54,397 nt of DNA from Barthelona sp. PAP020 (Eukaryota), in assembly GCA_040182905.1 (NCBI GenBank), contig JARQWU010000009.1, positions 1 through 54,397 on the forward strand, written 5' to 3'. The position numbers and the translations under genes are program-made. This document shows positions 31,516 through 43,205 of this stretch, piece after piece (the first letter of the stretch is position 1; each line of letters opens with the position of its first letter). The notes under the pieces were generated by a model. The model was not told the origin of the DNA. It saw only the letters and a program-made list of their open reading frames with translations, and searched no databases.

Positions 31516-32385
31516 ATGAATAATAATGAAGCTTTATCCATTTTAAATTCTTCTGAAATGAAAGACTCTGCTGTTTCATTAGAAAATTTTAAGAAACATC
31601 ATACCACTCCTCGAAATTGGTATATTAAGCGTTATGGTTCAGGAAGTTCCATATTTGTTGGTCTTCATGGTTGGGCTGGTTCTTACAAAACATTTGATCC
31701 CCTTGTTGAGTATATTCCTCCTTCTGTATCCTTTTTTTGCATTGATTTACCAGGTTATGGAAGTAGTGACCCACCAGAAGCATATCATATTCAAGTTATT
31801 GCTTCAGAAGTTGCGAATGTCATATCAAGTCTTGGTTACAAAGATATTACTTTGGTTGTATATTGTTTAGGAGGAGTTGTTGCTTTGTATATGGCTCCTT
31901 TAATTAGTCATTTATTTAAAAAAATAATTTTTATGGAAACTTTTGCATATGTTCCAAATTATTGGTCTTTTTTGGGACAAACACATTGCGGTGCATGTAC
32001 CTATTATTGCATCTTTGAAAATTCTTGTGGAAGCTCTTGTTTTTCGTCTATATATAAATTTTTTGATCCTTCTGCCGATTTGAAGGAATGGGCAGCAGAT
32101 ATGGATCATAAAAATAGTTACAATTGGTTGAATGCTGTTACAGATGAATCAATATTAAATGTTGAAGTAGTTAGACCCCAAGCTCATCGTTTAAATAATA
32201 TACCTATTGTTATTACTGTTGGTGCCAATACTTTTGAAGATATTCCTGTTTCAGCTGAACTTTTGTTAACTTTGTGGCCTCATGCTAAAATAATAACAAT
32301 ACCCAATTGTTCTCATTATCCTATTGCAGAAAATCCTGAATTTGTTGCGGATTTATGTTTTATGAGTTTGTTAAATGTTGAATAA
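31516..32385 (+). CDS. Alpha/beta-hydrolase fold protein with Cys at the nucleophile elbow
   Basis: LHGW, IDLPGYG.S, VVYCLGG, IP.CSH.P..ENPE. Confidence 0.88.
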   Translation: MNNNEALSILNSSEMKDSAVSLENFKKHHTTPRNWYIKRYGSGSSIFVGLHGWAGSYKTFDPLVEYIPPSVSFFCIDLPGYGSSDPPEAYHIQVIASEVANVISSLGYKDITLVVYCLGGVVALYMAPLISHLFKKIIFMETFAYVPNYWSFLGQTHCGACTYYCIFENSCGSSCFSSIYKFFDPSADLKEWAADMDHKNSYNWLNAVTDESILNVEVVRPQAHRLNNIPIVITVGANTFEDIPVSAELLLTLWPHAKIITIPNCSHYPIAENPEFVADLCFMSLLNVE

Positions 32386-32436
32386 AATTTCCAATTTTTT
32401 TTTTTCTGTTTATATTTGAAATTTTCAGACATAAAC

Positions 32437-33072
32437 ATGAATTCAGCCCAAATCAATGTGTTAAACCGTCGAATCATTGAAAGAAGAAAAAAAAAACAAA
32501 AATTTTTAAAAAAACAGAAAGTAGCTATGAACAGCATGAATAATATACTCAATAGTTCAAATTTGCCTTCAGAATCAATGTTAAATTCTTCAAATTTAAA
32601 AAATAAAACTTCTGAAACAAAAAGCAGTTTGCAATCTTCAAATTTGGATGGATTTTCATTAGCTTTTCAACCAAAAACCGATGAAAGTATTCGAGAATCA
32701 AAAGAATATTTAGAAAAACTTCAACCTTTACAACCTAGTGTCAACATTGATAATACTATTTTCACGGGCAATCCAAAGGAAAAAAAATATCAAGAAGAAT
32801 TGAAATGGTCAATAAAACAGTTGAGACTGGGATTAAGATTCAGAAAACATGAGGCTTCCAATGAACAGATGGAATACTCTCAAAAAATGATAACCAAACT
32901 TCAAGATCCTACTGTTCGAAAAGCTGAAAAGTGTATGTTGATGGAAAGAATTTTTGAAGGTAAATTGGAGACATATATGGATAGAGATCGTCGTGGATTA
33001 CCATTGGAAGAAGAAACTCAAAAGAAAAAGAAAAAAAAAAATCATCGCAGAAAGAAAAAATCCAATAATTGA
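32437..33072 (+). CDS. UPF0488/C8orf33 (DUF4615)-like protein
   Basis: EL.W.I.QL.LGL......Q......I..L......K..LM...F pattern. Confidence 0.6.
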   Translation: MNSAQINVLNRRIIERRKKKQKFLKKQKVAMNSMNNILNSSNLPSESMLNSSNLKNKTSETKSSLQSSNLDGFSLAFQPKTDESIRESKEYLEKLQPLQPSVNIDNTIFTGNPKEKKYQEELKWSIKQLRLGLRFRKHEASNEQMEYSQKMITKLQDPTVRKAEKCMLMERIFEGKLETYMDRDRRGLPLEEETQKKKKKKNHRRKKKSNN

Positions 33073-33253
33073 TAAATATAGTCCAATTTTTATTGTCCCC
33101 TTTATCATTTTAAAAAATATCTTTAAATTTCACGAAAAAGGAGAAAATTTCAACCAAAACAAGCTAATTCTTGCTTTTAAAGAACATCACATGAACACAA
33201 TAACAAGATAAATAAATAAAAGAAGCAAAAGAGAAACAAATTTATAAAACAGA

Positions 33254-34441
33254 TTAATTGGAAGCCATCCACAATTGTAAGCACACGTCAGCATTTTGAA
33301 CAACAGAATCATCAATTTGAACTACAGAATTATCCGCCAATAAAAACCAACTTTGATAATTTTGAACAAAAACATAGGAAATAAATCTGCCCTTTTCATC
33401 ATCCCCTTCATGAGCAACCAGACATTTCAAATCAAAAGATTTATTGTTAATTTTTAAATTACTCAAAGGAAATGTTAAAGAAGTCAAATTCTTTTTGTGT
33501 AAATTGTTTGAATCTTTTGGAAATTTGTCAAAATCAAGTATAAACCAATTTAAATTTGAATTTAAATTTTGAAAATTGTATTTGTAAATCAATTCATAAA
33601 TATTACATTTTTGAGTAATTAATTCATGCATACCATTTTTAATTATTGGAAATAATGGCAAAGATAATTTAAAATAATTATTTAAAAAGGAAAAGTTTTC
33701 TGAAAGAAGACTCAAAAGGGAAAAAATTTGCAAAAATAATTCTGAATAATTTTTTTCAAAAATTTCAGTTGAATTTTTGATCAAATATTTTTCAAAAATT
33801 TTTGTGGATAGGGTGGCAAAAATTGGTTGAGAACTGTGATATTGATTTATTAATGATCGTAAAATAGACAAATAATCTTTTTTTAAATGACAAATATCAA
33901 CTTTTGGAAATATTGTTGTGTCAAATATTTGTTCAACAAAAAACTTATTTTGAAATATAAAATGTAACAAAGAATTTAATGAATTTAATCGTAAATTAGG
34001 CGTAAAAGCCAATAAATTACTAATACAATTTTCATTTGAAATACTTTTAATGTGACTATAGGAGAAATTATCAAAGTTATAACTCTTAAAAATCAAAACA
34101 TTGGAAAAAATATTTTTGATACTTTGAATCATTTCATTATCCACTGATTCAGAAGTCTCAATATCCAAAAGTTCAAAATTTTGAATATTTAAAAAATATT
34201 TATGGTATGTATCATAATAATGTTCAAATGTATGACTATCATCATCATTTCCACATGATATATTGCCACATTCCAAACATATATGTAAATTTATGTTTTT
34301 TAAACATGTTGAACAGCATGTATTCGGATTTATATCTCTCAACATATTTATATCAAAATATATTTCTTCTTCACAATCATTACCGTCAACAAAACTATTT
34401 CTATCACTTGTTGTTCGAACTCTTAACTTATCATCAAACAT
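33254..34441 (-). CDS. ZnF-UBP plus degenerate USP domain, USP39/Sad1-like
   Basis: C..C......CL.CG...CG......H.....H finger; no catalytic Cys box; KN.T...FP, FDL...VAHEG, WF...D..V, LQLW. Confidence 0.65.
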   Translation of the reverse strand: MFDDKLRVRTTSDRNSFVDGNDCEEEIYFDINMLRDINPNTCCSTCLKNINLHICLECGNISCGNDDDSHTFEHYYDTYHKYFLNIQNFELLDIETSESVDNEMIQSIKNIFSNVLIFKSYNFDNFSYSHIKSISNENCISNLLAFTPNLRLNSLNSLLHFIFQNKFFVEQIFDTTIFPKVDICHLKKDYLSILRSLINQYHSSQPIFATLSTKIFEKYLIKNSTEIFEKNYSELFLQIFSLLSLLSENFSFLNNYFKLSLPLFPIIKNGMHELITQKCNIYELIYKYNFQNLNSNLNWFILDFDKFPKDSNNLHKKNLTSLTFPLSNLKINNKSFDLKCLVAHEGDDEKGRFISYVFVQNYQSWFLLADNSVVQIDDSVVQNADVCLQLWMASN

Positions 34442-34477
34442 TTTTCATTGAATGAAAAAATAAAAATTTCACAGCAT

Positions 34478-37066
34478 TTATCTTTTTCTTCTTTTGCCAC
34501 CTTTCCCTTTTTTAGAACCTTTATTGAAACGTTTTTTGGAGGATTGAAATCCAATGCCAAGAGATTCCAAATCATTAGCTCTGCAAAATAAACATAAATT
34601 CTCAAAGCCAATGTCGCCATTCTTTAGAACTCCATTCAAAGTCTTGCCTTTCAATAGACAATTTGGATTATCACAAATACAACCCAAACTCAACTTGACA
34701 TATCCATTGAAAGTAATTGTTTGATCACAATCTGAACAACATAATCTGGGAAAAGGCTCTTGAATTGGATCAATAAATAAACTACCACTCTTATTTTCAT
34801 CTTGTCTACAAGTTGGACAATCACAAACAACAGTATTTATTTTCGAATGAGCACAATGAGGATTTAAACACTGTAAACATGTGTACTTATTCGAATTCAA
34901 AGTTTCAATATCGTTTGCAATACTTGGTGGATGTTGATAACAATGCATGCAAAGAGAAAATCTTTTATTTGTTCTTGTTGTGCAAATAACCACTTGAAAA
35001 TCACAAAATGGACAAATTGATCCACCGCTTGATTGTACTTTGTTCACTTCATCAGGAAATTCATAAGTTTCTTGGCAATACAAACAAAAAACTCTTGGAT
35101 TTCTACCAGGAACTATTTTTGTAAATCTTAGACAGTTCGGACATTTTGTAAAATTTTTAGCTGCTTCCGCAATAGTAGAAAATTGTCCTGAAAAAAGAGC
35201 ATCCATCCCTTGAATATTGTTGGCAAAATATGCAAATTTGGCTTTAAAATTACGGACAGAATGACTCAATACATCCGTCCACAAAGCATTCCCCTTCGCA
35301 ACAAGATTGATTTTTGCTTCAATTTCAGCTCGAACTTGAGGCAAACAAAGATCTGGATCAATTTTGTAAAAACCATGAATTAATGTTATTCCTAACTTTG
35401 TGGGCACTAATTTTCGACCAGACTGAATAGAAGCATATTCTCTAACACACACATTATTAATATGAGTTGCAATTGATGCATCAGTCCCAATACCATTCTT
35501 TTCCATTTGACCAATCAATTGTGCTTCAGTAATATGAGATGGAGGTTTGGTAAAACCATCTTCCAAACCAATGTCACTCAATGATAATTCCATCCCTTCT
35601 TCCAAACCTTCCAAAAACCTCATCAAATTTGCATCCAACACAACAACATCTTCATATTCTTCATCTTCACTGTCATCATCATTTTCAGAATATTTCCATC
35701 TCTCCATAGTTTTATATCCAAGATCAATAGGTACTTTGGCTACCAAATCAAAGAGTTCAGAATGACCTTCTGGATTTCCAAAGGATTCAAAAGTAACTTG
35801 AATACGACTATACTTTGCAGGTTGATGCAAAGAACTCAAATAATTTTGACAAATCAAATCATACAACCTATTGGCAGATCCTCCCATACCAGGTGTGATC
35901 AATCCAACAGGTGTAATTGGAGGGTGATCACCCATATCAACACCCTTTCGTGGTGGACGAGGTGGTAATTTTAACAAATCACCAGCGGCTCTTGCCCAAG
36001 CACCTCCTTGTGATAAAGTTTGAATAAGGCTGGTGGTATTAAATCCTGGGGGAAAGGCACTTGATTCAGTACGAGGATATGAAATAAAACCATTTATGTA
36101 TAAGTCCTCTGCAACATGCATAGTTTCATGTGGACCCATTCCAAGACATGTTGATGCTGCCTTCAACATCGCAACAGTATTAAATGGCAAAGGTTTTGCA
36201 CTTTGAGTGACAGATTTTTTGATTGTCTTGATTCGAACATTACCTTGCATCGAAAGCAAAGTTGAAAGAATTGCAGCACTGGAATAATCGAAAATACAAG
36301 GTCTCAAACTATTGAGCTTGAATGATACATCATCATATTTGATGGAAGCTTTTAATTTCCAAAATTTTTCTGGTTTAAAGCGCTCAATCGCATCATGTCT
36401 TTGAACAATAAAATTTAAAGTGGGTGTTTGACATGGTCCATAAGTAATACTCCCTGAATTCAAATCATTATACTTATCCTTGAAAAATCTGGTGAGAAAG
36501 CGAGAAAAAGTAACACCAACCTTCAAATCAATGATTTGACGTGCAGTAACAGACAATGATTCGAGCTCATTTGGTTTTCCAAGTGACATCATGGCTCTTT
36601 GAATAGCAACAGGAGTTAAAGCAGAGAAATGTGCTCTGAATATTCGATCAGGGTTTTTTATTTTGACATTTTTCATAATCTCAAAACATATATTTTCTCC
36701 TTCTCTATCACAATCCAAAAATAATAATAAATAATCGCAACCTGATGATTCAGTTTGTAAAAATTTGCAAATATGCTGATGAACAGGAACTTCAACTGTT
36801 TCAGCATCGAATAGTTCAATCGGTTCAACAGAATTCCAATTTCGATACTTTGGAACAAAATCACATGAATAAACATGTCCAATAACAGCAGTAACAATAA
36901 AATTAGCGGGATGGTTTTGAAAAGTTCCATTAAAAGTGTGAACGGGAGGATTTTTTGATCGAGGTGAAGTTCTAAAATCATTGTTTGATAAAGCCTTGGC
37001 AATACTCAATGCAATTGATGGTTTTTCCGCCACTACAAACAGTTTTGGAATAGCACTGCTGGACAT
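34478..37066 (-). CDS. TOP3B: DNA topoisomerase III beta
   Basis: VAEKPSIA, DCDREGENICFE, YGPCQTPTL, catalytic ISYPRTES, GDHPPITP, MEKNGIGTDASI; C-terminal zinc ribbons and basic/Gly tail. Confidence 0.95.
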   Translation of the reverse strand: MSSSAIPKLFVVAEKPSIALSIAKALSNNDFRTSPRSKNPPVHTFNGTFQNHPANFIVTAVIGHVYSCDFVPKYRNWNSVEPIELFDAETVEVPVHQHICKFLQTESSGCDYLLLFLDCDREGENICFEIMKNVKIKNPDRIFRAHFSALTPVAIQRAMMSLGKPNELESLSVTARQIIDLKVGVTFSRFLTRFFKDKYNDLNSGSITYGPCQTPTLNFIVQRHDAIERFKPEKFWKLKASIKYDDVSFKLNSLRPCIFDYSSAAILSTLLSMQGNVRIKTIKKSVTQSAKPLPFNTVAMLKAASTCLGMGPHETMHVAEDLYINGFISYPRTESSAFPPGFNTTSLIQTLSQGGAWARAAGDLLKLPPRPPRKGVDMGDHPPITPVGLITPGMGGSANRLYDLICQNYLSSLHQPAKYSRIQVTFESFGNPEGHSELFDLVAKVPIDLGYKTMERWKYSENDDDSEDEEYEDVVVLDANLMRFLEGLEEGMELSLSDIGLEDGFTKPPSHITEAQLIGQMEKNGIGTDASIATHINNVCVREYASIQSGRKLVPTKLGITLIHGFYKIDPDLCLPQVRAEIEAKINLVAKGNALWTDVLSHSVRNFKAKFAYFANNIQGMDALFSGQFSTIAEAAKNFTKCPNCLRFTKIVPGRNPRVFCLYCQETYEFPDEVNKVQSSGGSICPFCDFQVVICTTRTNKRFSLCMHCYQHPPSIANDIETLNSNKYTCLQCLNPHCAHSKINTVVCDCPTCRQDENKSGSLFIDPIQEPFPRLCCSDCDQTITFNGYVKLSLGCICDNPNCLLKGKTLNGVLKNGDIGFENLCLFCRANDLESLGIGFQSSKKRFNKGSKKGKGGKRRKR

Positions 37067-37147
37067 TTGCCTGTAAAAATGAGATTAAAAAAAGGCAATT
37101 TTTTTTTTTTCATCATTTGTAGTTTAGCCAATTTAAAATGTATCAAC

Positions 37148-39490
37148 ATGTCATCGAATAGTAGTATTAGTTCAGTTTCTTTTGATTTATTAAATTCTCC
37201 GATGAGTAGAAGAAAAAATCCTGAAAAGGAAAGAAAAATTCAGAATAATAAACGATATATTGATTTTTTAGATGATTCTGATGAAGAAGAGATAGTAAAT
37301 CAATTATTTCCTCGTTTAAATCGAATGAAAGAAAATGATTCAAATAATTCAATTTTTGACAAGGAATCTTTTGTAAAAACTCCATTAAAAAAATCAAAAA
37401 AAGATTTAATTGATCCAAAAACTATTTTTAATGAAGAATTAGGCAAGAAAAATGGTTATAGAAACAAAACCATCATTCAACCTTTGAATAAAGATTTTAT
37501 CAGAAAAACCACTTTGCAATTACCCACTCAAAATCAATCTATAATATTAAATTTTGATATGATAAATCGTTTTCTTGCTGAATCGTTTAAGATTGATACT
37601 ATTGAAGCAATAAAATATTTAAATAAGAATTTTGAAGTAAATAGATCAATAAATCTTGTATTTCATGAATTTATATCCATAAAATTGCAAAATTTTTGCA
37701 AACATTTTCATTCTTTATTAAAGAATAAAATTGAGCAAATTAACATTATTTTACGAGAAATTGAATTATTATCAATCGATAAAAGTGATAGAAAAACTTT
37801 TAGAATCATTCAGAGAAATGAAATCCTTCATAGATTAGAAAAATTGATTGTTTTGAGTTTATTGAAATTTAATGTCGTTTATAATCGGTTTTTAAAAGGA
37901 ATAAATACAAAATATTCAATTATTTTACAAGATATATACATTCGAAAATGTTATCAAATTTGGAGATTGACGAATTTAAAAAAAATTCAAATTTGTCATG
38001 ATAAAATTCATAAAGAATGTTTTAAACAATTATTTTTGAATTTTCAAATGAATAATTTAATTAAACAAACGAATCCCATATTAATGCAACTTGAAACAAT
38101 AAATATTCAAAAAAAATATTTAAAATCATGGTATACATTCATTAAAATCAAACAAAAAATGGCAAATAGAACTTTTTGTGTGAAAGATGCAATAAATACG
38201 TTTGATTTAACAAAAAAATTCAAACAAAAAAAAGTGAAAAAAAATAACATTCTTCTTTTAAAAAATTTGAGGTCAATAATTTTCAAATCCAATTATAAAA
38301 ACTTTTCAAACATTTGGAAAGATGAATTTATTGACATCTTAAGTTACAGACCATTATTTGATGATCAATCACACAATAATGAGATTGAATATCCACAATA
38401 TTCAATTATTGATATTTATTATAACAATTATGTGATTAATTCAATGTTTAATCGATGGAAAAATGTTTTTAATCAAAAATTGACAAAGGATAAAAGTATT
38501 GAACATCAATGTTGTGTACGATTTATGAATCCTGTGTTTATCAATTGGATAGTATTAACTAAACGTTTAAATGTAGAAAAAAAAATTGTAAAGAATTGTT
38601 TAAATAAATGGCAAAAGCCTCAAAATTTACTGAAAAGATATCAATTTTTAAGAGTTCAAGAATTTTTTTTGAATTGGCGTAATTTGAATTCAAATTTTAA
38701 ATTTAAAAAGCATTTCATGCAGATCTGGGCTTCAAAAACGATTAATCGCCTTGAATTCAAGCAAAAAACTCAAATTTTGATGGATTTACACAGTAGAAAT
38801 GAATTAATGTTCTTTTTAAAAATTTGGAAAAAAGTTTACCTGAAACAAAAATTTGAAACATTTGCATTTTATAAAATTCAACTATTTATCAAAAGATTGG
38901 CTTTTGTTCAGTTGGTTGACAATTATTTGGTCTTAAAAAAGCATCGTATGGCAATTAATTTTTTTTTGAAAAGATTCAATGAAAAAATTGAAACAAATAA
39001 GTGTACATATTTAGATTTCCCATTTGGTTTGGAAACTTTACAAAGATTGAAACCCTCTGTTAAAGTCAAATATTGGTTGCAGCTGAAAAAATCAACTCAA
39101 AAACTTTTATTTTATGGTTGGAAATATGTACATGAACAAGAGAAAGTCAGGCAATATTTCTATCGTTTAGGTGAATATTTTATCAAGAGAAATGCATTTT
39201 CAAGATGGAATAATCAGTTAGAAAAAATAATTGCTGAAAGAAGATTGGAAGAAATCAGTAATTTTGATCATGGTCAATTGATCATTTATCCTCCAATCAA
39301 TAGGCAACCAATGCATTCCTTCAGTGAATTTTTTGATTCAGAATCACAAAATAATAGTACAGATACACTTTTTGATTTGAGAAATTTGGGCAACAATGTA
39401 AGACCTTTAGAAAGAATCGCAATGCATATTCCAGGACATGATTATCGTGACAATGCTTTTGATCAATTGCAGTTACAAAAGAAAATTTAG
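37148..39490 (+). CDS. Sfi1-repeat-like (centrin-binding) protein
   Basis: Periodic F/L..W[KR] motifs (YQIWR, LKSWY, FNRWK, FINWI, LNKWQ, FLNWR, LKIWK, FYGWK, FSRWN). Confidence 0.5.
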   Translation: MSSNSSISSVSFDLLNSPMSRRKNPEKERKIQNNKRYIDFLDDSDEEEIVNQLFPRLNRMKENDSNNSIFDKESFVKTPLKKSKKDLIDPKTIFNEELGKKNGYRNKTIIQPLNKDFIRKTTLQLPTQNQSIILNFDMINRFLAESFKIDTIEAIKYLNKNFEVNRSINLVFHEFISIKLQNFCKHFHSLLKNKIEQINIILREIELLSIDKSDRKTFRIIQRNEILHRLEKLIVLSLLKFNVVYNRFLKGINTKYSIILQDIYIRKCYQIWRLTNLKKIQICHDKIHKECFKQLFLNFQMNNLIKQTNPILMQLETINIQKKYLKSWYTFIKIKQKMANRTFCVKDAINTFDLTKKFKQKKVKKNNILLLKNLRSIIFKSNYKNFSNIWKDEFIDILSYRPLFDDQSHNNEIEYPQYSIIDIYYNNYVINSMFNRWKNVFNQKLTKDKSIEHQCCVRFMNPVFINWIVLTKRLNVEKKIVKNCLNKWQKPQNLLKRYQFLRVQEFFLNWRNLNSNFKFKKHFMQIWASKTINRLEFKQKTQILMDLHSRNELMFFLKIWKKVYLKQKFETFAFYKIQLFIKRLAFVQLVDNYLVLKKHRMAINFFLKRFNEKIETNKCTYLDFPFGLETLQRLKPSVKVKYWLQLKKSTQKLLFYGWKYVHEQEKVRQYFYRLGEYFIKRNAFSRWNNQLEKIIAERRLEEISNFDHGQLIIYPPINRQPMHSFSEFFDSESQNNSTDTLFDLRNLGNNVRPLERIAMHIPGHDYRDNAFDQLQLQKKI

Positions 39491-39636
39491 CAAGCAAATA
39501 AAGTAGTTTTTTGTTTTTTTGTTTCTCTTTATGTGTCCTTTTCCCAATTGAGTCTTTGCTTGCAAAGACAAAAACAAAAGGAAGAATAAATCCAAAATTG
39601 AAAAAAAAATAACATCAAAATAAAAAATTTTATGAA

Positions 39637-40920
39637 CTAAAAAGCTAAACTAATGCAAAAGAATATTCCCAACACACAAAAAGAAAGAATAAACTGCATG
39701 AAAAATCCAAAATAATTGTCTTCCAACTTGTTTTGTGAAACTTCATTTGCATGGTCATTACCGGGGATTTCAATGATTTCACCTAACAATACTGTTCTGT
39801 TTGGAATACTAAAAAATTGATTGTCCATTAATCGGGATATAACAGCAACCAAACATCCAAAAGGAATAAAACAAAATATCAAAGACTTGTTATTCTGTCT
39901 TTTTCTCAAAAAATCACAAATTTCTTCTCTTTTAGCATTTGCAGAACATTTTTGAAGATCAACATAATCAATATAATGACATTCAGCATTTGGTTTAGAA
40001 CATTGTGTCTTTACCAAATAGTCAATCTGAAAATCAGGAGATACAAATCTGAAATCAAATATTAACAAGGATATTCCCAACATTGTATCAAATATCAAAC
40101 ACATATACCAAACAACACTCTTAACAGATAAAAAGCACATCAAAACAGTAATTATAGTCATAAAAGAAGGAACAATAAAAATGAAAACCTTAGACATCTG
40201 GTCATTTGGATGATAGATGTTGTTGTTGCTGTCTTCAATAAATTCTTCCCTTTTCTTTATCAAAGTAAATCCAAAAATACTGGGCAAAAGTAATACTAGA
40301 TTCATTATCACGCAAATTGTGTGAACGAAAAAAAATATAGGAAAGACAAACGCTGAAACAATAAAATTGAAAATCATAACAGTGAATCCAATTTCACAAA
40401 TTGTAATTGACTGGAATATTAAAGAAAACACCATGTCTATTTGATAAACAACATGGAATATTGGATAATGTCCATATGAATAATTATTTTGAACAAAAAA
40501 AACGGTTCCATATAACATATAGATATAAATAATCGTAAAAATAACAGAAAAAATATATGAATCTGTTTGAAATCCCAATAGAATATTGTATTTAAATAAT
40601 AAGGTAACGACAAAAGAAATAATAAATTGTGCAATGAAGTCAAAAATTTTTAAATAATAATAATTACCTATTTTTTCATTGTAATATGAAAAAAAATAAT
40701 AACCTGCTATAAAGAAAATCAAAACAACAAATACTGTTATTTTGTTCAAGTCTTGAATAAATCCAAACACATTTATAATATTGTCATACATTTGATTAAT
40801 AAATAAAAAGCGTTTTGTTTCCATATCAAATAAATATAAAAAGGGATATAATCCCACAAATAATATTATTAACTGTGAAAATATATTAATAACATTCCGT
40901 ATTATCAATTTCGAGTTCAT
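39637..40920 (-). CDS. Hypothetical multi-pass membrane protein
   Basis: 427 aa with about 10 hydrophobic segments. Confidence 0.65.
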   Translation of the reverse strand: MNSKLIIRNVINIFSQLIILFVGLYPFLYLFDMETKRFLFINQMYDNIINVFGFIQDLNKITVFVVLIFFIAGYYFFSYYNEKIGNYYYLKIFDFIAQFIISFVVTLLFKYNILLGFQTDSYIFSVIFTIIYIYMLYGTVFFVQNNYSYGHYPIFHVVYQIDMVFSLIFQSITICEIGFTVMIFNFIVSAFVFPIFFFVHTICVIMNLVLLLPSIFGFTLIKKREEFIEDSNNNIYHPNDQMSKVFIFIVPSFMTIITVLMCFLSVKSVVWYMCLIFDTMLGISLLIFDFRFVSPDFQIDYLVKTQCSKPNAECHYIDYVDLQKCSANAKREEICDFLRKRQNNKSLIFCFIPFGCLVAVISRLMDNQFFSIPNRTVLLGEIIEIPGNDHANEVSQNKLEDNYFGFFMQFILSFCVLGIFFCISLAF

Positions 40921-41269
40921 ATAATGATAGAAAAAAGAATCTGCCCTATTTTATTTTTTTTAAATCTCCCTTCTTCAATTTATTTTTCCTCTTATTCAGA
41001 AAATTTAAACTTAAAAATGGTGATCAGTCAATTTCTTGTCGGATTTTTTTTTAACTCAAAAAAAAAAGAAATCACAACTGATTTTCCTTTACTTCAATGT
41101 TGTTCAATTCTCATATGATTACAACAAAATTACTTAGGTTTGACAGCAAAATTAATTGAATGATATTGTGATTTCACATGTATTTTCTTTTTTTAATGAG
41201 CGCATGCAATAAAAAATAAAGCAGTACAAAATACTAATAAGTATAACTAAAACAATTTGATTGTAAAAC

Positions 41270-41887
41270 TCAAACAGCAAAATCAAGATCACTTGGAGGT
41301 GGATCAAAAGATTCAACATCATCAAAAGAATTGTTAATTGTGCTTAAAACTGGTTGAAATTCTTTTTCCTTAATGTTTGCTAAATTTTTCAAGAGAGTCA
41401 CTTCTTCAATCACTTGTTCCTTTTGTATAATTGGTGCTTTTTTCAATTGTTTTTCAGGAAGCAATGTAAAATATTGAGTTTTGTTGGTAACTGCCAAAGG
41501 TGTTTGTCTAATTGAATCATCGAACAAAAGAGATGTCCGTATTTTTGAAGCAAAAGACTTTGTTCCAGGGTTAAATACTGTAGATGTTATGTTAACACCC
41601 ATAGAATTGTCTATGAGGGGTTTTAATACTGAGGGCAATTGTTCTTTTGAAGAATGGTGGTCTTTTTGTAAAACTGCTGTTGAATCAATTTTTTTTAAGG
41701 AAACAGGTATTTCAATGTCATTTCTTTTCGCTATTGGTGGAAAAGACTTTAATTGAGGACTCCAATTCTTTAAAGAATTCATATCGAAGAAATCTTTGCT
41801 GTTTTTAATTTGCCTGCATCTTTTCGACTTTTTTTTTTCAATGACATTTTTATTGGTCAAATCATTGTTTTCGTTACTGAAAATCAT
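41270..41887 (-). CDS. Hypothetical protein
   Basis: 205-aa ATG ORF, no recognised motif. Confidence 0.55.
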   Translation of the reverse strand: MIFSNENNDLTNKNVIEKKKSKRCRQIKNSKDFFDMNSLKNWSPQLKSFPPIAKRNDIEIPVSLKKIDSTAVLQKDHHSSKEQLPSVLKPLIDNSMGVNITSTVFNPGTKSFASKIRTSLLFDDSIRQTPLAVTNKTQYFTLLPEKQLKKAPIIQKEQVIEEVTLLKNLANIKEKEFQPVLSTINNSFDDVESFDPPPSDLDFAV

Positions 41888-41979
41888 TTACAACTATTTG
41901 AAAACATTTGTTCAATTTCTAACCTTTGCCAAAAAAAAATTAAAAGAAAAAATAAAGAGAGAGAAAACTTCCTTTACAA

Positions 41980-43205
41980 CTACAATTGAAGATTTGCACT
42001 TTGAATCAATTCTTCAATACTTTTAATTTGATTTTGAGCGTTATTACGCCAATTTTTAAACTGTTTCAACATACCATTGATTTGCTTGTCGGTCAAATCA
42101 AATTGAATAACAGAATGCACACAAAAGGTCTTTTTATTTTGATCAATCAATCCTTTGACGACTTTTTGAGAAATAAGGTGAACCAAGAATTTCTCCAAAC
42201 TGGTATCATCGTAGCTCAATCTGACACCATATTTTTCCAACACATCATTCATTTTGCCATCACCCAAATATTGACGAACCAAATCATATGATAAAATGCG
42301 AACACCGCTTGAGATTTGGGTAAAACAATTTCCAATAAAAGAGATAATACATATTTTGGCAATAATGAAAGGCATATCTTCACTCAAAGAGGAGTTCAAG
42401 ATATATTCTTCCATGTTCAAAAAATTATCAAAGTTAGCGTCAATCATTATTTGAAATAATGAATTCAACTGCTTTTCAGAATAATCAAAAATGGGATATT
42501 TGGTCAGACCACTTAAATTATACACGTTTTTGGCTAAGATTCCAGAACGAATAGCTTCATTAGCGAAGAAACTCTTTAGATCATCGGTGAAGGAATCCCA
42601 TTCAACAATATTGAGGAACTTCAAAGATGTGTGGAAAGATGAAGCATAGTCTTGATTGTATAAATGTTCTAAAAATTCAGCTTCCAATAGCAAAGCTGAA
42701 ATAAACGTGTCTGGTGTAAATTTTAAATCAGATAAAGCTTTCAAAATGATTCTTCGATTCTCATTTGCCGTTTCAAAATTAAAACTGTTTTTTAATCCAA
42801 CAAGATGTTTCATTAATTCAGCACCAGCTCTTGCCAAGGCACATTCTTTGGTTTGAATCATAGCAGTGGCTCGATCTTTTTCACTATCCAATATTTCTGT
42901 CATTTTAAGCGAAAATTTATCACATAATTCAATTACAATATCACCTTCTTCATTTCCTAATCTCATAATTCGATTTAATAAATGTAACATCCATTTTGGT
43001 GGTAAATTCTTTGTTTCATTCAATATTATTTCCTCAAATAATTCAACAAAACCTTCAAAAGAATTGTTTAAAGATAAAACAAACTCGTCAACATCTTTTG
43101 TAAACTCATACCAAAAACTACCAAAATTAGCAACTTAATAAAGCATCAAAGGTACCCTGAGCTTTTTGTGATATTAAATTTGTCAATTAATTCACAAGTT
43201 ATCAT
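41980..43205 (-). CDS. PSMD13: PCI-domain protein, probable proteasome lid subunit Rpn9; intron 43118-43155
   Basis: Spliced N-terminus MITCELIDKFNITKSSGFWYEFT (cf. KLWHQLT); ILAKNVYNLSGL...PI; C-terminal LE..L...IS...VKG.IDQ......V......L...QI..M......W. Confidence 0.75.
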
